Below are positions 25,464 through 39,220 of a stretch of DNA of 64,000 nucleotides, one piece after another. Position numbers and translations under genes: made by a program. The stretch's first letter is position 1, and each line of letters begins with the position of its first letter. Under the pieces are notes generated by a model that did no database searches, was not told where the DNA came from, and saw nothing but the letters and a program-made list of their open reading frames with translations. Source of the DNA: Eledone cirrhosa (lineage: Eukaryota); assembly GCA_964016885.1 (NCBI GenBank), contig OZ024745.1:90582001-90646000 (forward strand), given 5' to 3'.

Positions 25464-25500
<37 letters not shown>

Positions 25501-25623
25501 GGTTGTAGGCGCATGGGAGCAGATACCAATCGAATTGTTTTTGAGGCAGTCACAAAGCACTCAATGGTACGAAAAGTTAATACATTTTCGTTCAAATTTA
25601 AGAAAGTGTGACACGTGTGTGTC

Positions 25624-25708
<85 letters not shown>

Positions 25709-26444
25709 GGAAGGGCATCCAGCTGTAAACAAACCCAACCAAATTTACAATCCAGTCGGAGCAATGTACGGCGCGGCCAATTCTGGCCAGACTTGCCTCT
25801 CGACGTGGACGACCCGTCTGACCGATGCAAGAATGGAAAATGAACGTTAAACGATGATGATGGTAATATATATAATGTGTGTGTAACCGAGACTGCGCCA
25901 ATGTGTATATAAATATACGAATGTAATGTGACTGATGCCGAAATCGCTGTTGAGACTAGAAAGATATGGAAGGCAGCTGAGACAGACAGCAAACTTATGG
26001 AAGACTGAAGCGTACGTCTCTTCTTGGAATTGTAACAGAGACAGGGCTGAACTTGATAGCTCAAAATCAACCCAATTAGACATTGCAAGCAGGAAAGAGA
26101 AACGAAAGCTAATACAGAGACATATGTGGGCAACAATATCAGTGGGAATACGAATGGTGCTTGGATGAAATGGGGTAACAAGCAGTGAAGCGAAATATCA
26201 TCTGGCTGGACATCTAGGAGTGGATAAAAACAGGATCAAATTCTTGATTTCGGGAATCAATAGTGTCCTACGCAGCCCATCTAACCTGTTTCTATAGGGC
26301 AAAATACAAACACCAACAAGAACATGTGTACGTGTATGTGAATTATTACGTATCATTTCGCCAATGTTTTTCAGAACATTTCATACCAAAAAAAAAAATA
26401 TATATATATATATATACGTATACACAAAATATGTAGTCCCTTAC

Positions 26445-27321
26445 CTTTAGAAAAATGGTTGTTCACTTGTTCATTATAGTCCTCGTCTCCATTGCGGTCG
26501 GTCCAAGCCTTCTGAAGCATTTGTTTGTGATACATAGCTTCATTAGCTAAAGATTTTTGCAAAATGTGCATATCTTTTGTCAAAATCACTGGTTTTGGTT
26601 CACTTCTTGTTGAATGTTTCATTTTACTAAGATTAATTGGTATATTTCCAATTAGAGAAATAAACGTACCCGAGGACCTCATTGAAGTATTTCTATTTAT
26701 TACATATACTGGCCCAATAGCTGATACTTTCAAATGACTAGCTAAAGAAGCTGCAGATATTTCCGATGGAATTTTAGCCTTCAGTAGATTCTTTTGACCA
26801 CCGATTAGACATTTCGGAATTTGAGGCCGGCTAGAAACTTGGTTCAAGCAGCTACGTTCTTCCATTCGTACCTCATCATTGCATATCATTCTTGGGGGAT
26901 TGCCAGCATTATATCCTCTACACGGGAGCCTGCCATCCGTGCTATAACCAGAAACGACAGTCATATCTAAGTCAACCGTATCAGTATTCGGTTCAGACCA
27001 ACAAGCTGGAGCCAACGTAGCATCACATTGATTGAATTCTATTTTATCTTCCACGTTAAAAATCGCTGCCTCTTCATAAGGTTCTGGATAGTAAGTGATA
27101 TCGCGAGATTCACGGAAATGAACGAACTTTTTGGCGTCATTTGTCTTTCTACGTAGAACTGTGTTATTGACAAAATCATTGACCTCAGGAATTTCTTCAT
27201 GATATTCTGTTGTACACGGAACCGGCGTAGAAAAGTCTGTTCTCATCATACCATGGGCTGGTTTTGGTGGCGGATTTGAGGAATATTCTCTTGTAGAACT
27301 GTAATATCTATCGATATCCAT
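26445..27321 (-). CDS. Orphan protein, large coding exon (~292 aa) with a candidate PP1-docking RVxF motif
   Basis: Long non-repetitive ORF from ATG GAT ATC (27321) to donor AAA G|GTAAGG (26445); KKFVHF fits [RK]x(0,1)[VI]x[FW]; a candidate acceptor at 26291 would end the protein ...SKETG-stop; no recognisable family. Confidence 0.6.
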
Positions 27322-28279
27322 CGTAGCTGAACAAACTCCTGTTTTCTCTGTTATCACCTCTTCCAAAATTTGCGACGATCATGAAGAATGATGGCTAACA
27401 ACGACATTAAAACAACTGCTACAACAAACAACAACGGATACAGCAGTAATAACAACAATAAAATGCTGCGATCTGAAGTCTTTCAATGAATATTTTCTAA
27501 GTCTCGAAGTAAATCTTGACAATTGACTAGAGAAGTATTTTTTTAAACAGCCGAGTCCTTTGTTACATCTGTGATACGAGTATTCAAAGATATAAGGGGA
27601 TAAGATTTCAAACAAGTTAGTCTGTGATTTGGTCAGGGTCGTCGTTGTGGTGCCTGACACGATGTTAGTTCGTTGACAGATTACAGCTGTGGCCGCCGCC
27701 ATTACGGTGAGTCAGACCATTGTGTACAAACCTATACTAGACGACCGTAGAGGAAATGAAGACATTTACTATATTGTAGTTTCCTACTCTGATCAATGGA
27801 CGCAAGCAGATTGCATTTAGAGATTGGGTTACAGATTGAGATAAAGGTGAGGGAGAATGAGAAAGTGAGATTTAGAGAGAAAGCTGGTGTGCAGATTAAA
27901 GAAAAAAGAAATGGAAAGAAAGACACTTATAGATGAAAGAAAAGTAGAATTAGAACAATGTTCTAGCAAAGGAGAGAAGGAAATAATTAGACATAGACAG
28001 GGAAACTGTAAGGTACAAGAGGAAGGTGTGTGAAGAAATATAGGTGTTGTATAATTCGGGAGAGAGAATTAAACACAACGGAGAGAGACTATTTAAATTG
28101 ATACGGATGATGCAGAAAGAGAATAAAGTCAGTGTAAAATAGCCAGATAGATGTGGTGAAGAAGTGTGTGTGTTTTAAAGGAAAGAAGAAGAAAAACAAT
28201 CAATAAACGAGAATATGGAGAAAGTGCAAGAGAGAAGTTGACAGTTTTAAATAATATATAGTCTCGAGTCCCAAATAAT

Positions 28280-28594
28280 TGTTTCTACGTTAGGCACAAG
28301 GCCAGAATTACCCAGTGCATTACTGGTACTTTATTTTATCGACCCCGTAAGGATGCAATGCAAAGTTATAATGATTTCTTATATAGGCACAAGGCCAGCA
28401 ATTTTGGGAGAGGGGAAAGACGATTAAATCGACCCTAGTGCGTGCGTGACTGGTACTTTATTTTATCGACCCTGTAAGGATGAAAGGCAAAGTTAACCTC
28501 GGCGGGATTTGAACTCAAATCATAAAGGGCTGTAACTCTATGCTGCAAAGCATGGCGTGCGACCTTCTACCGATAATGCCAATCTACCGCCCTT
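28280..28594 (-). mobile_element. SINE pair inserted in a MITE
   Basis: Same SINE family; flanked by a 16-bp direct repeat TCGAGTCCCAAATAAT (28264-28279, 28595-28610). Confidence 0.75.
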
Positions 28595-29316
28595 TCGAGT
28601 CCCAAATAATAAAGCGTGTTGAAAAAAAGCGAGGTGGGAGTTGGAATAGGCAGGGGGTGGAAAATCGGTATTTTTTCTAGCTTATCTTCGTTGGGTTTTT
28701 TAAAATTAGAATTAGTCATTTAGTTTACATATTGAGACTCCAACCCATCCTGTTTATTTTATAACATATCGGATTTCTAGTAATGTAGTTTTTTGTCATG
28801 TACAATGTTTTTAATATCTAAAGAAAATTAATTGTCGCAGGAATGCTATCACTTTAAATAAAATTTCGCCTGAGATAGATTAACAAAATTTAATGAGCCG
28901 AGCGTGGGGGTGGAATAAAAGCGAGTGGGTGGAAATGTCTGAAATATTAATAAGAGAGATGGGAGATTATTCGAGACTCTAGAGTAATTGTTTATCATGG
29001 GAAGATATTCTTTTGAATTGACTCAATATACTGCTTCAAATGAAAAACGTTCGTTGCTAAAAGGAGACTAGCTGATTATATATTGATCTCTGAATTAACT
29101 GATATTGCTTTTGGTTAAAACTATGTCATCAAAGAAACATTGGGAAGTGAGACTAATTAATCAACCCTTTTGTTTGCCTAAATTGCCTTTGAAAATATTA
29201 GAAAGGACCACACGAATTTGGTCCTTTTATGAAGTTATTAAAACAAAACCTTAATAACTTCAATTAAGGAAATATTTTGTATACGAAGAGCATTTAAAAA
29301 TGTTTAACCATACAGA

Positions 29317-29622
29317 CGGGGCCAGATTTAGATCTTGGGGGAACCGGGGCACTTCAGGTTTCGGAGGCCCCTCATACAGAAAAAATTAGAATACACAGCA
29401 AACCCCCAATTTTACATATCAAAGTTAATTTGGCGCAAGTAATTGTAATTGAAGAGTTATACATACAGGTATTAAATTAAAAAAATCTAACCATCCTGAA
29501 ACTAAAAAGCCCAGCTGAGGGCACAAATAAATTGCTCTGGCCGTCACTGGTGTCCCCCCACTTACATACACACTAGGGAACCCGAGGCAAATGCCCCCCC
29601 CCCCCATTTAAATCCAGCCCTG
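29317..29622. mobile_element. hAT-like MITE
   Basis: TIRs cggggccagattta / taaatccagccctg; 8-bp TSD catacaga / tatacaga. Confidence 0.7.
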
Positions 29623-31089
29623 TATACAGAAATATATTACTTAGCAATTCACTGATAATGCTGAGGTAATTAAGACCCAAAACGATGAAACATTATAAAG
29701 CTTCATCATCATCATCATCGTTTAACGTCTATCTTCCACGCTAGCATGGGTTAGACATATTCTGAAACTGTGTCGAGCAGTTCTTCCCTCATAAAGCAAC
29801 ATTGAAGCAGTTTATATTTGATTTTGTGGTGGCTTTTCTCTCTATACTGACTAGGATGTCAATGAAAGTAACAGCAGCACCATTCCAGATATGGGAACGA
29901 TCTTGCCTAATCTTTGTAGAGGGTCAGTCATTGTTGTGGTTTGAAGTATTTTCTGATCTTGAAGAGAAGAATTAGTGGTTTGGATGCAGCTTTAGCTGTT
30001 TTATGTCAAGATATGCATTCACTACAGGAGATCCTCACTGATTGTGTGGCTTAGCATTTCTAACTATGTGCTTCCCATGCTTTAGGAAAGCTAGGTGTGA
30101 TCTCTCTGCAGAAGTACTGCCCATGGAACTATCAGAGTATTCTGTAAAGTTAATAAACGTTCTTTTTACAAAGAACCAAAAGGATCAACTGTAGTTGGCA
30201 AGGAGAGGTGTTTAGAGCTCTGCCATGCATGAAAGCATCCTTCACGGTTCAGATAGAGGTCTTACAAGAGTTGTAGTGCTGGGTAAATAGTCCACTTTGA
30301 AAGAAAGGGTGACTTACTCATGGTGTTGTCGGCCTTCTTTTGTTTTTGTTACATTATAAATAATCGGTGGCCAATTAATCAGAACTTGGCCAATTTCCTT
30401 ATCAGCGCATCTCTAAAACAGAGCAAGAGAATGAGTGAAGAGAGATCGAAAAGTATTGTTTATTCAATTTATTGTGTTATGTCATATACGAGATCACAGC
30501 TCCTATACTATGAGCATGTGGTTAGAATTTCTCAGGAAAGAATCACTGGCCAAATTTTACAGGCAAAACCAACTGGCAGGAAACCCAGAGGTGGACCCCA
30601 AGCAAGTTGGTTGGATAACATCCATGGGCTTGCTGGTCTCGCTTGGGGATCCAGAAGGATCATTTGGAGACAGTTGCTTCTGACAGGACCTGCTGGAAGA
30701 AGTGTTTGAGGACTCAGCCCCAAGTGGGCGAAGATGTATATGTATATATAATAAAGTAGTTTATTATTTGTGTGTGTCTGTCTGTGTAATTATATATAAA
30801 ACATTTTAAATGTTTTATTGATCTTTAATACTTGGAAGTTGTTTCTAATTAAACTGTGGGATTTCTCCAGGGGTCAACTCGTAAGGAGGAGGAGGAAGAA
30901 TAAATAGTGAAGTCAAGTGTTTAAACCAGCCAGACCAATTAATAATTTAAACTATTGAAATACATCAAAACACAGTGAAATATGCCAATACAAGCTTCAA
31001 AATAGTAAAATCAATATCTGAAACATGAAAGGAGGCAAAAGAGAAGTAAGTAAAGAGAAGTTTAGTTACAACAAAAGAGAAGAGAAAGA

Positions 31090-31390
31090 ACTAGAGTTTA
31101 CATTAAGACTTTCTCTACTTTCTTTAAGGAGAGGTAAATATAGAGAAGGTAAGTTATAGATATATTCTCTACAAGAAGAGAGAGAGGAAGCAAGAGAAGA
31201 CTTTCTCTACTTTCTTTAAAGAGAAGTAAATAAAGAGAAGGTATGTTATAGATATATTCCCTGAGACAAGAGAGAGGAGGAAGAGAAGTAAATAAAGAGA
31301 AGGTAAGTTATAGATATATTCTCTACGACAAGAGAGAGAGGAAGTAAGAGCTAGAGTTTACATTAAGACTGTATTTCTCTACTTTCTTTC
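31090..31390. repeat. Short tandem duplications (~60-95 bp units)
   Basis: agagaaggtaagttatagatatattc repeated three times. Confidence 0.75.
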
Positions 31391-32064
31391 AAGACTCTCT
31401 TTATATGCATAATTAGACATTAAAGAATTGCTTGAAGCATAAATATCTTGAGACATGTTAGAAGAAGGGGAAAAAAAGAAGAAAGAACTACTTTTGGTTT
31501 GTGTTCTATTAAATCTAATGTCTGCAAAAAAAAAATAATAATAGCTGCAGGCATGGTTGTGCATATAAAAAGTTTTCAACCACATGGTGTTGTATTTGAT
31601 CACACAGTGTGGCCACACGGGGAAGTGTCCTACTATGCCCTCAGGTAGACTAATGCCTTATGAGTAAAAATTGCTGGGCAAAAACTGTTTAGGAGCCCAT
31701 CATATATGTATATGCATGTAGTTAGAATGTCTCTGGAAAGAATAGTTGGACAGATTTTATGGGCAAAACCAACAGGCAGGAAACCCCCAAGGGGTAGACC
31801 CTGAGCAAGATGTTTTAATAACATCCATGAGCTTGACTGGTCACATTTGGAAGAAGAAAAACGTGTTTATGTGTGTGTGTTTTCATTTACTTTTTATGTC
31901 ATGGAACTTAGTGGTTTAACATAAAGAGATCGATAAAATAACTTCTAGACTTGGGAAAAATAAGTACTTGGGTAGATATGATTAAGTAAATCCTTTTAAG
32001 GCAGTCTAATGACTAAAACCAGTAAAAGAATAAAAGATGATATTAACTGGTGTCTAGTTTTGAA

Positions 32065-32370
32065 GAGGTGTGGCTTTGCAGTTAGGGTATTTGGCTCAAG
32101 ATCATGAGGCCATGAGTTTGATTCCCGGCAGCATGCTGTGTCCTTGAACAAGACACTTTATTTCACATTGCTCCAATTCACTCAACTGACAAAAATGTAC
32201 TTGTAATTCAAAGGTCACATTCTATGTCATGCTGAATCTCCCTGAGAACTACATTATGGGTACACATGTTTGTAGAATGCTCAGCCATATGCCCATTAAT
32301 TTCACAAGCTGGCTGTTCCATTGATCATATCAATTGGAACACTCGTCGTAGTAACCAACGGAGTACCGCT
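32065..32370 (+). mobile_element. Second tRNA-derived SINE family
   Basis: A/B-box-like head then tgtccttgaacaagacactttatttcacattgctcca; related copies at 1820-1900, 43775-44105(-), 47945-48450. Confidence 0.65.
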
Positions 32371-33855
32371 ACCTAAGTATTTGGAAGAAGTAAATGCAGA
32401 GTTAATATAATAATAATTATTTCTACTTTTGGCACAAGGCCAGCAATTATCTCAGTGCATTACTGGTACTTTATTTTTTCGACCCCATAAGAATGAAAGA
32501 CAAAGTTGACCTTAGCAGGCTTTGAACTTAGACCATAAAGGGTCGTAACTCTATGCTGCAAAGTATGGCATCCGACCCTCTACCAATACTGCCAATTCAC
32601 ACCATCAGGGAAGTGGCCCTGTTGGATCTACAGGTAAGAGGTGTAGTGGTGTTGCAGTTAGACTCACAGAAAAATCAAACTTCATTTGTGGTACTCACGG
32701 GCCCCAAATAATAGTGGGGTGAAATAAATGGGGGAGTGGGAATAATAAGTGTGTGTGGGGGGGGGGGGATTGATAAGCGTTGGTATGGACATGTGATGAC
32801 AGCTACATAAAAAGGTGCAGAGCACTAAAAGCCGATGAAAACCTTGGAGTTGGGGAGACCCAAGACCTGGGGTGAGGTGATAAAAGCAGACCTTGCCCAA
32901 TTGCACCTCTCAAAGGCAATGACACAGGACCGAGATCTCTGGCGTTACACAGTAATACAGAAGACAACTTCCCACAGATACAAGCCGAAGCTGAAGCATA
33001 AAGACAGTATGGCCCCACCACATTCCTACTGTAAAGTGATTGTGTAGGTGCCACAACAAAAAAGCATCCAGTCCACACTGTAAAGGCGCCACAGTAAAAA
33101 GGCACCCAGTACTCACTGTAAATGAGGTTGGTGTTAGGAAGGGTATCCAGCTGTAAAAACCGAGCCATAATCAGTTCTGTATGAGCAAGACATGGTCACT
33201 TGACCTGACATTGCCCACAACAGGACAAACCATCTAACCCATGTTAGAGTGGAAGAATGGACGTAAAACGGTGATGATGATGATGACGATGATGATATAT
33301 ATATATAAATCATCATATTTGGTTTCCCATTTATTTTTCTATGTTGAAATGGATTGAAGGATATATACAAAGCATATCTCTCTTAAATAATGTGTGAGTT
33401 CACAATTATTATTCAAGACAGGTTTGCAGTTTAGATTGAGATCATTTTAAAATATTCTCTATCACTTTTATACATTTACCTTATGTTTAAACGCTAAAAC
33501 TATATTCATTGTAGAAATCAAACGTAATATACTTCCGGTCCATCAGCTTTCAAGACTATTTTTCCATGACGACATGGTTTAGAGAATGTGTGTCTGTATC
33601 TGCGCACACACATGCAAGTATATAATTTTTAGTACCACCACTAATGCCAATAAAAAATAATATTAACAAATTCAGCATAGAAAAAAATTACTTCTGCACA
33701 TGATGTTATTAAAATTCATTTTATAGCAAATTATATTCCTTAGGCAGATTCACCAAGGGAATAAATTTGAAGAATTTCAGCAAAGAGCAAGGAAAGTAGC
33801 AATTCTGTTTATATTAAGAAAAATAAAATAAAACAAAGGCAAAATATGAATAGGT

Positions 33856-34087
33856 TTAACCCTTTTGTTACCATATTTCTTATGAAAGACACTGCCTATG
33901 GCTTTCAATAAATCGTTTAAATAATCATGAATTTAGGAAGGAAGATTTAGTAATATAACTTGTTTATCTGGTTTTTGATACACAACTTAACAAAAGTTCT
34001 TTAGATAAATATAAGCAGTTTAAAACAAAGTTTTGTATCATAGAACTAGAGTGTGGGGGTCAGACAGGCTAGTATCAAAAGGGTTAA
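33856..34087. mobile_element. piggyBac-like MITE
   Basis: TTAA-ccctttt ... aaaaggg-TTAA; related copy at 47653-47892 and partial near 730-880. Confidence 0.6.
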
Positions 34088-35732
34088 CCCACCAAACAAT
34101 ACTTTGAACAATCAACACTTTGCTACAATTATCATAGATTATAGCTCAAAATAAAATTAACCTTTATTATATATCCAAATTGAAAAAAAAAATAGAAGTC
34201 AGCTTTGTTAGAGAGCCACAGAGAATGAAATAAATAGTGTTGTATTGTTAAATAAAGGGTTACATGTTCATATCTCTTCATTACCACTGACTTAAACATG
34301 AATCACAAAGCTGGAAGTTGTAATCATGGAATCATGGATACATTTAGTGTAGTGGTATAAACAACAGTAGGCAGAAGCACTAAGTAAATGCTGAATTCAG
34401 ATCTTCCCATCACTGTCATTTTGAGAGATATGTAATTCTTTGAAATAACTTGATCTTTATTCATGTTCCTAGTGACCTTATGAATTTAAAATTTTCTCAC
34501 ATTCCACCTGGCCCTACCAATTAAAAGTATACCACCAATAACTGGACCTTTATTCAATTTTCAGGCAGTGTTTCCAACGACCCTAAGACTTTCTCTCACA
34601 ATCTACCTGGCCCCAACAATTAACAGATTAAAAGTATTGTACCACAATATATAATAAAAAATACAAACTGAAGCTAATTTACTATTTTTCTCAGTCAATT
34701 GCTAATTATACATCTTCAGGTTGGATAAAATAATTACCAGGAATATTATTATAATCTAATTCAAGAATTTATATAAACAAAATACTAGATATTAAAATAG
34801 ATATCTTACAATGGGGAGATTTATTAATGGCTATTAGTAAATCTTTATTGGCTATAAATAAAATCTTGGGAACAAGAGAGAGAGTACGAACATGTGTGCT
34901 CACGCTCGTGTGTGTATCTTTAATCAAATGATATTTCGTCGAAGTAAAAATAGAAAATGTTAAGGGGAAACAAGTCTACAACAACAACACCAAGAATTGT
35001 TCCCCTTAGATGCGAGGTTATTTGGTTCAAATAGATCTTCAATAAATATTTTTATTCTGTGTGATTTAATTGATGCAAGAATAAATAGATAGATATTACT
35101 AACTGAAATGGAATAAAAAGGGCTAAAAGTATACCCAAACTTTTAAGATACATCTGCTAATAACAATATTTTCTACCATAGGTGTACAGCCATAACTGGT
35201 AAATGAGTGAAACCAAAATTCAAGTAATCTTAATTTCTTTAAACTAATTTGTTTAAACTAAAACTTGTATAATAAAAACAAAGCCTCACATCTATTTGGA
35301 AAATGGTTAAACATTATCTGAAACAACTATAAAATACATAAAAATGGTATACGTGTGCATAATATATAAAAATATATGTATGTTTACACAGAAAAACATT
35401 ATTTATGTGACTTTATAAATAAGAAAATAGCTTTGTTTTTTATTTTATTTCATATTTTATTTCCTATATTGAAACTGCAGATAATTTTTCAATGATTCCA
35501 ATATACCTATTTTCTGATTGTTTTTGTTTTTTTTCTTTGTGGTAAATATCCTGTGTTGCAGTTTCTTTCACCTTATAGATACTATGGGCGGGAGTTGTCC
35601 CAATAGGACCTTGCATCTAGTAGAAAACAGCATTATACTTATCAAGATTATTATTATTATTTCTAGCTGCATACTTGCCTCCCAAGAATTCCAATAGATG
35701 GTGGGCATTCAGCATGCAAAGTCTTACAACAT

Positions 35733-35812
<80 letters not shown>

Positions 35813-36429
35813 AAGAGTATGAAAATATTAGCTATCAATGAATTGCAACATTTTAAATTTCATCAGCAGAAATATAGAATTATGGTCAAATTCTAGGGAT
35901 TAATTCCTAACTTCCAAAAATGGAAATCATTTCAAATGTTTGACTCATTCTTTTACCAAACAGAGAAAAATAATAATTAATCAGGTTTCTACAATTGTGG
36001 CTTCATTGTGAAAATTATTTGGTTCACAAAGTTAAAACTGAAAATTATTATTCATTTTATTATTAACACTGGAGTTTGTTATAAAGATTGACTTCAGGAA
36101 ACCAGCCAGATAATCAGCTAACCAGTCAGCTAATCAATCTGTCAACCAGTCAGCTAATCAATCTGTCAACCAGCCAGCTATTCACCTAGCCTGTCAACCA
36201 GCTAGCTAATTAGCCTGTCTGCTCATCAGCCAGCCAGCCATCTAATTATTTACTAATCAGACAAACATGCAACCCATAGACTTCATACTCTCTAGGAAAT
36301 TGGATAGATAGATAGAATACTAAGGAATGTATGACTTGGCATAAACTAGTGATTACTGATATCAGGCAATCTAGAGAAGAATTGTATGGGAACTGAAAGA
36401 TATTTCTGTTAGACTTTATTTTCAGAGAA

Positions 36430-38460
36430 GTGCTAGGTGACATTATGTTGAGAAAGAGGAAGAGATGGAACCTGTTAATATAGAAGACAACTGAATTTTA
36501 GTAGAAAACATTGCTCTAAGCCATAGACCAGATTGATGGATGGAGCAAGGCCTCAGCCAAACAGAAGGTGACATGGTAGATAGAGCCATAGAAAATAGGA
36601 GACAGGTTGGGAAAGAGTAGAAGAAATTAGAGATCTAGGAACAATAAGTAGTTAGACATCCGGTATACTGAGCAAAAAGAGATGAAATAAAGAGGTTTGC
36701 CAATATTGTGATATTTGAGGATTGGGGGTGAGAGGTGTTCCATATTGCAAAGCACTGTATCATTAAGAATCAGGACATTTTTAGTGAAAAGTATGTAGTG
36801 ATAAAAGTGCACTGGCCCTCACTGACACTGAGAAAAAAAGGGACTTAGAAATGTTACTGAATGAGGTGAATGTATGGAGGAAATTAAAGATATGGAAGAA
36901 AGGAAAATAGTTGAAGCATCAGGAAAACGTACTGAGATGCTGAAAATATCCAACAAAGTTAGGCATGTGCTAGTTACTCATATAGTCAATCAGCTAGTAT
37001 ATGGAGGTATCAAACCAAATGACTGGTGTGGTAATATTCTCAACTGCTACAAAGGCAAAGGAAATACTTTAGAAAGAAACATCAAAATTATGTACCAAAT
37101 TATAAAAGTAACAATGAATTTGGGGATAACTGATTAGGAAGAAAATGAGATTAGATGAAATGCAGTTGGGGGGGTTTGTGCCAGGATGTGGTACCATTAA
37201 TGCCCTCTTCAAATTGAGACAGCTACAAAAATATTCTTGGCTAAAAACAAACTATCTAGTATTCATCAACCTAGAAAAGATCTTTGGCAGGGTACCATAC
37301 TCTGTAGTCTGTGGTGGTGGCTAGGAAAACTAGATGTGAATAAATGGCCAGGGAGGGTGATCAAACCATATAAAGAGATATCATCAAAAAGGTGAGAATT
37401 AGTAATAAGTTCAGTAAATTCAGGAATTTACTGTGAAGTTATGTGTCAGGACTTGGTTCTTGGTCCCCTCATGTTTATTCTCAAGATCAGAAATTTGAGA
37501 TGGGCCCTCTATAGGAACTTCTGAATACTAACAACATCTCACAGCAAAATCTGTTGAAAATTTAGAGATGAAATTCCAAACGTAGAAGCAAAGCTTAAAA
37601 TCGATAGTACTCAAAGTAGACATAGCAAATACAAATGTTTTATTTGGTAAAAAAGAAGATAGCGCCATCTTTGAAGTGGCCATGCTTACTATACAGAAAA
37701 GGAGTTGGTAAGAATAGCATTTGGTGTACCCAATGTAAACTTTGAATGCACAAGAAGTGCAGTGGATCACAGACAGACTAACAGAAAAGGAAGACTTTAT
37801 ATGTAGCAGATGTACAGGAGTAGATTGCAGCTTACAAGGGGACTCATGAAATAAATTCTTTTCAATACTCTGAAGGCCACCTTGAAGTCTTGTTTTGTCT
37901 AAGTAATTTATTAGCAGTGGAGGTGGGTGTTCCAAAAGCAGTAAACATGGTAAGAATATGGAAGCAAAGGTTCAGGAAATTATTACCTCTGCTGGAGATA
38001 AACAGTTTCTCCTGACATTTATATATAAAACAGAATGTAGTATAGCATGGGTATTGAATGCAGAGGATGTGAAAAGGTTGGGAAGAACTGAAGTGAGCAT
38101 GCTCTACTAGAGAGGTAATGTTAATGTACATGAATGACAGAGAATGAATGAGCTAAGAGAAAAACTGGGTATAAAAAAGTGAAGCAGGTGTAATATGCAA
38201 AAGAGAAAACTGAGCTGATGAAGACATATGATGTGTATAGAAGATGACAGTTGGGTAAATAAAAGCGAAGTAATTCAAGTGGAATAAACCTGAAAACGGG
38301 GAAGACTGGCCAAGACAAGGAAAGAAGTCAAAGTCTGATCTCAAGAAGCTAAAACTAGTGAAGGAAATGACAAAAGAACCTGAAAAGCAGTAATATGTTG
38401 GACTGGAGAGGACCTGTCCACACCATACAAGTATGGAGAAGTGGACACAAAACAATGATG
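36430..38460 (+). mobile_element. Highly decayed RTE-clade LINE
   Basis: Remnant peptides such as PNDW...NCYKGKGN.LE, MQ.GFVPG.GT..A.F..RQLQ and GRPR-like 3' segment; many stops. Confidence 0.6.
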
Positions 38461-38489
38461 ATTAATAGTGTTCTAACAAAAATATCGAT

Positions 38490-39220
38490 AATGATTTCTA
38501 ACTTTGGCACAAGGTCAAACATTTTGTGTAATTAATTTTATCAACTCTAGTATATGACTGGTACTTATTTATCAACTCCATAGGAATGAAAGGCAAAGTT
38601 GATCCTGGCAGGATTTGAACTGAGAACATAAAGTGACACAACTGAATGTGTGAAGTATATAGTCCACTGCTCTACGGTTTTTATAGGAAAAGGCAAAGTT
38701 AACCTTGGTGGGATTTGAACTCAGACCATAAAGGGCCGTAATTCTATGCTGCAAAGCATGGCGTCAGACCCTCTACCGATACTGCCAATCCAATAATAAT
38801 AATAATGGTTCCTGATTTAGGCACAAGGCCAACAATTTTTGGGGAGGGGATTAAATTTACCCCAGTGTGGTACTTTATTTATCGACCCTGAAAGGATGAA
38901 AGGCAAAGCTAACCTCAGCAGGATTTGAATTCAGAATGTAAAGGACCGTAGTAGTAATAATAATAATAATGGTTTCTGATTTAGGCACAAGGCCAGCAAT
39001 TTAGGGGAAGGGGAAGTGAATTAAATTTACCCCAGTGTATTACTGGTACTTTATTTATAGACCCCATAAGGATGAAAGGCAAAGCTAACTTCGGTGGGAT
39101 TTGAACTCAGATCGTAAAGGGCCATAACTCTATGCTGCAAAGGATGGTGTCCAACGCTCTACCAATACTGCGAATCCGCAATAATAATAACAATAGTTTA
39201 TTCTATAGGCACAAAGCCAG
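38490..39220 (-). mobile_element. Tandem cluster of the same SINE (about 4 full or partial copies)
   Basis: Repeated ggcacaaggcc...gatgaaaggcaaag...ggatttgaactcag units separated by (AAT)n. Confidence 0.75.

Noticed and set aside
27352-27480. Alternative-frame transmembrane-like peptide ILLLLLLLYPLLFVVAVVLMSLLAIILHDRRKFWKR
   Set aside because: No upstream start codon; it derives from a degenerate (TTG)n tract that is hydrophobic in more than one frame.
38490-39220. Regularly spaced repeats resembling a CRISPR array or tRNA cluster
   Set aside because: They are tandem SINE copies: no constant short repeat with unique spacers, no cas genes and no complete cloverleaf.
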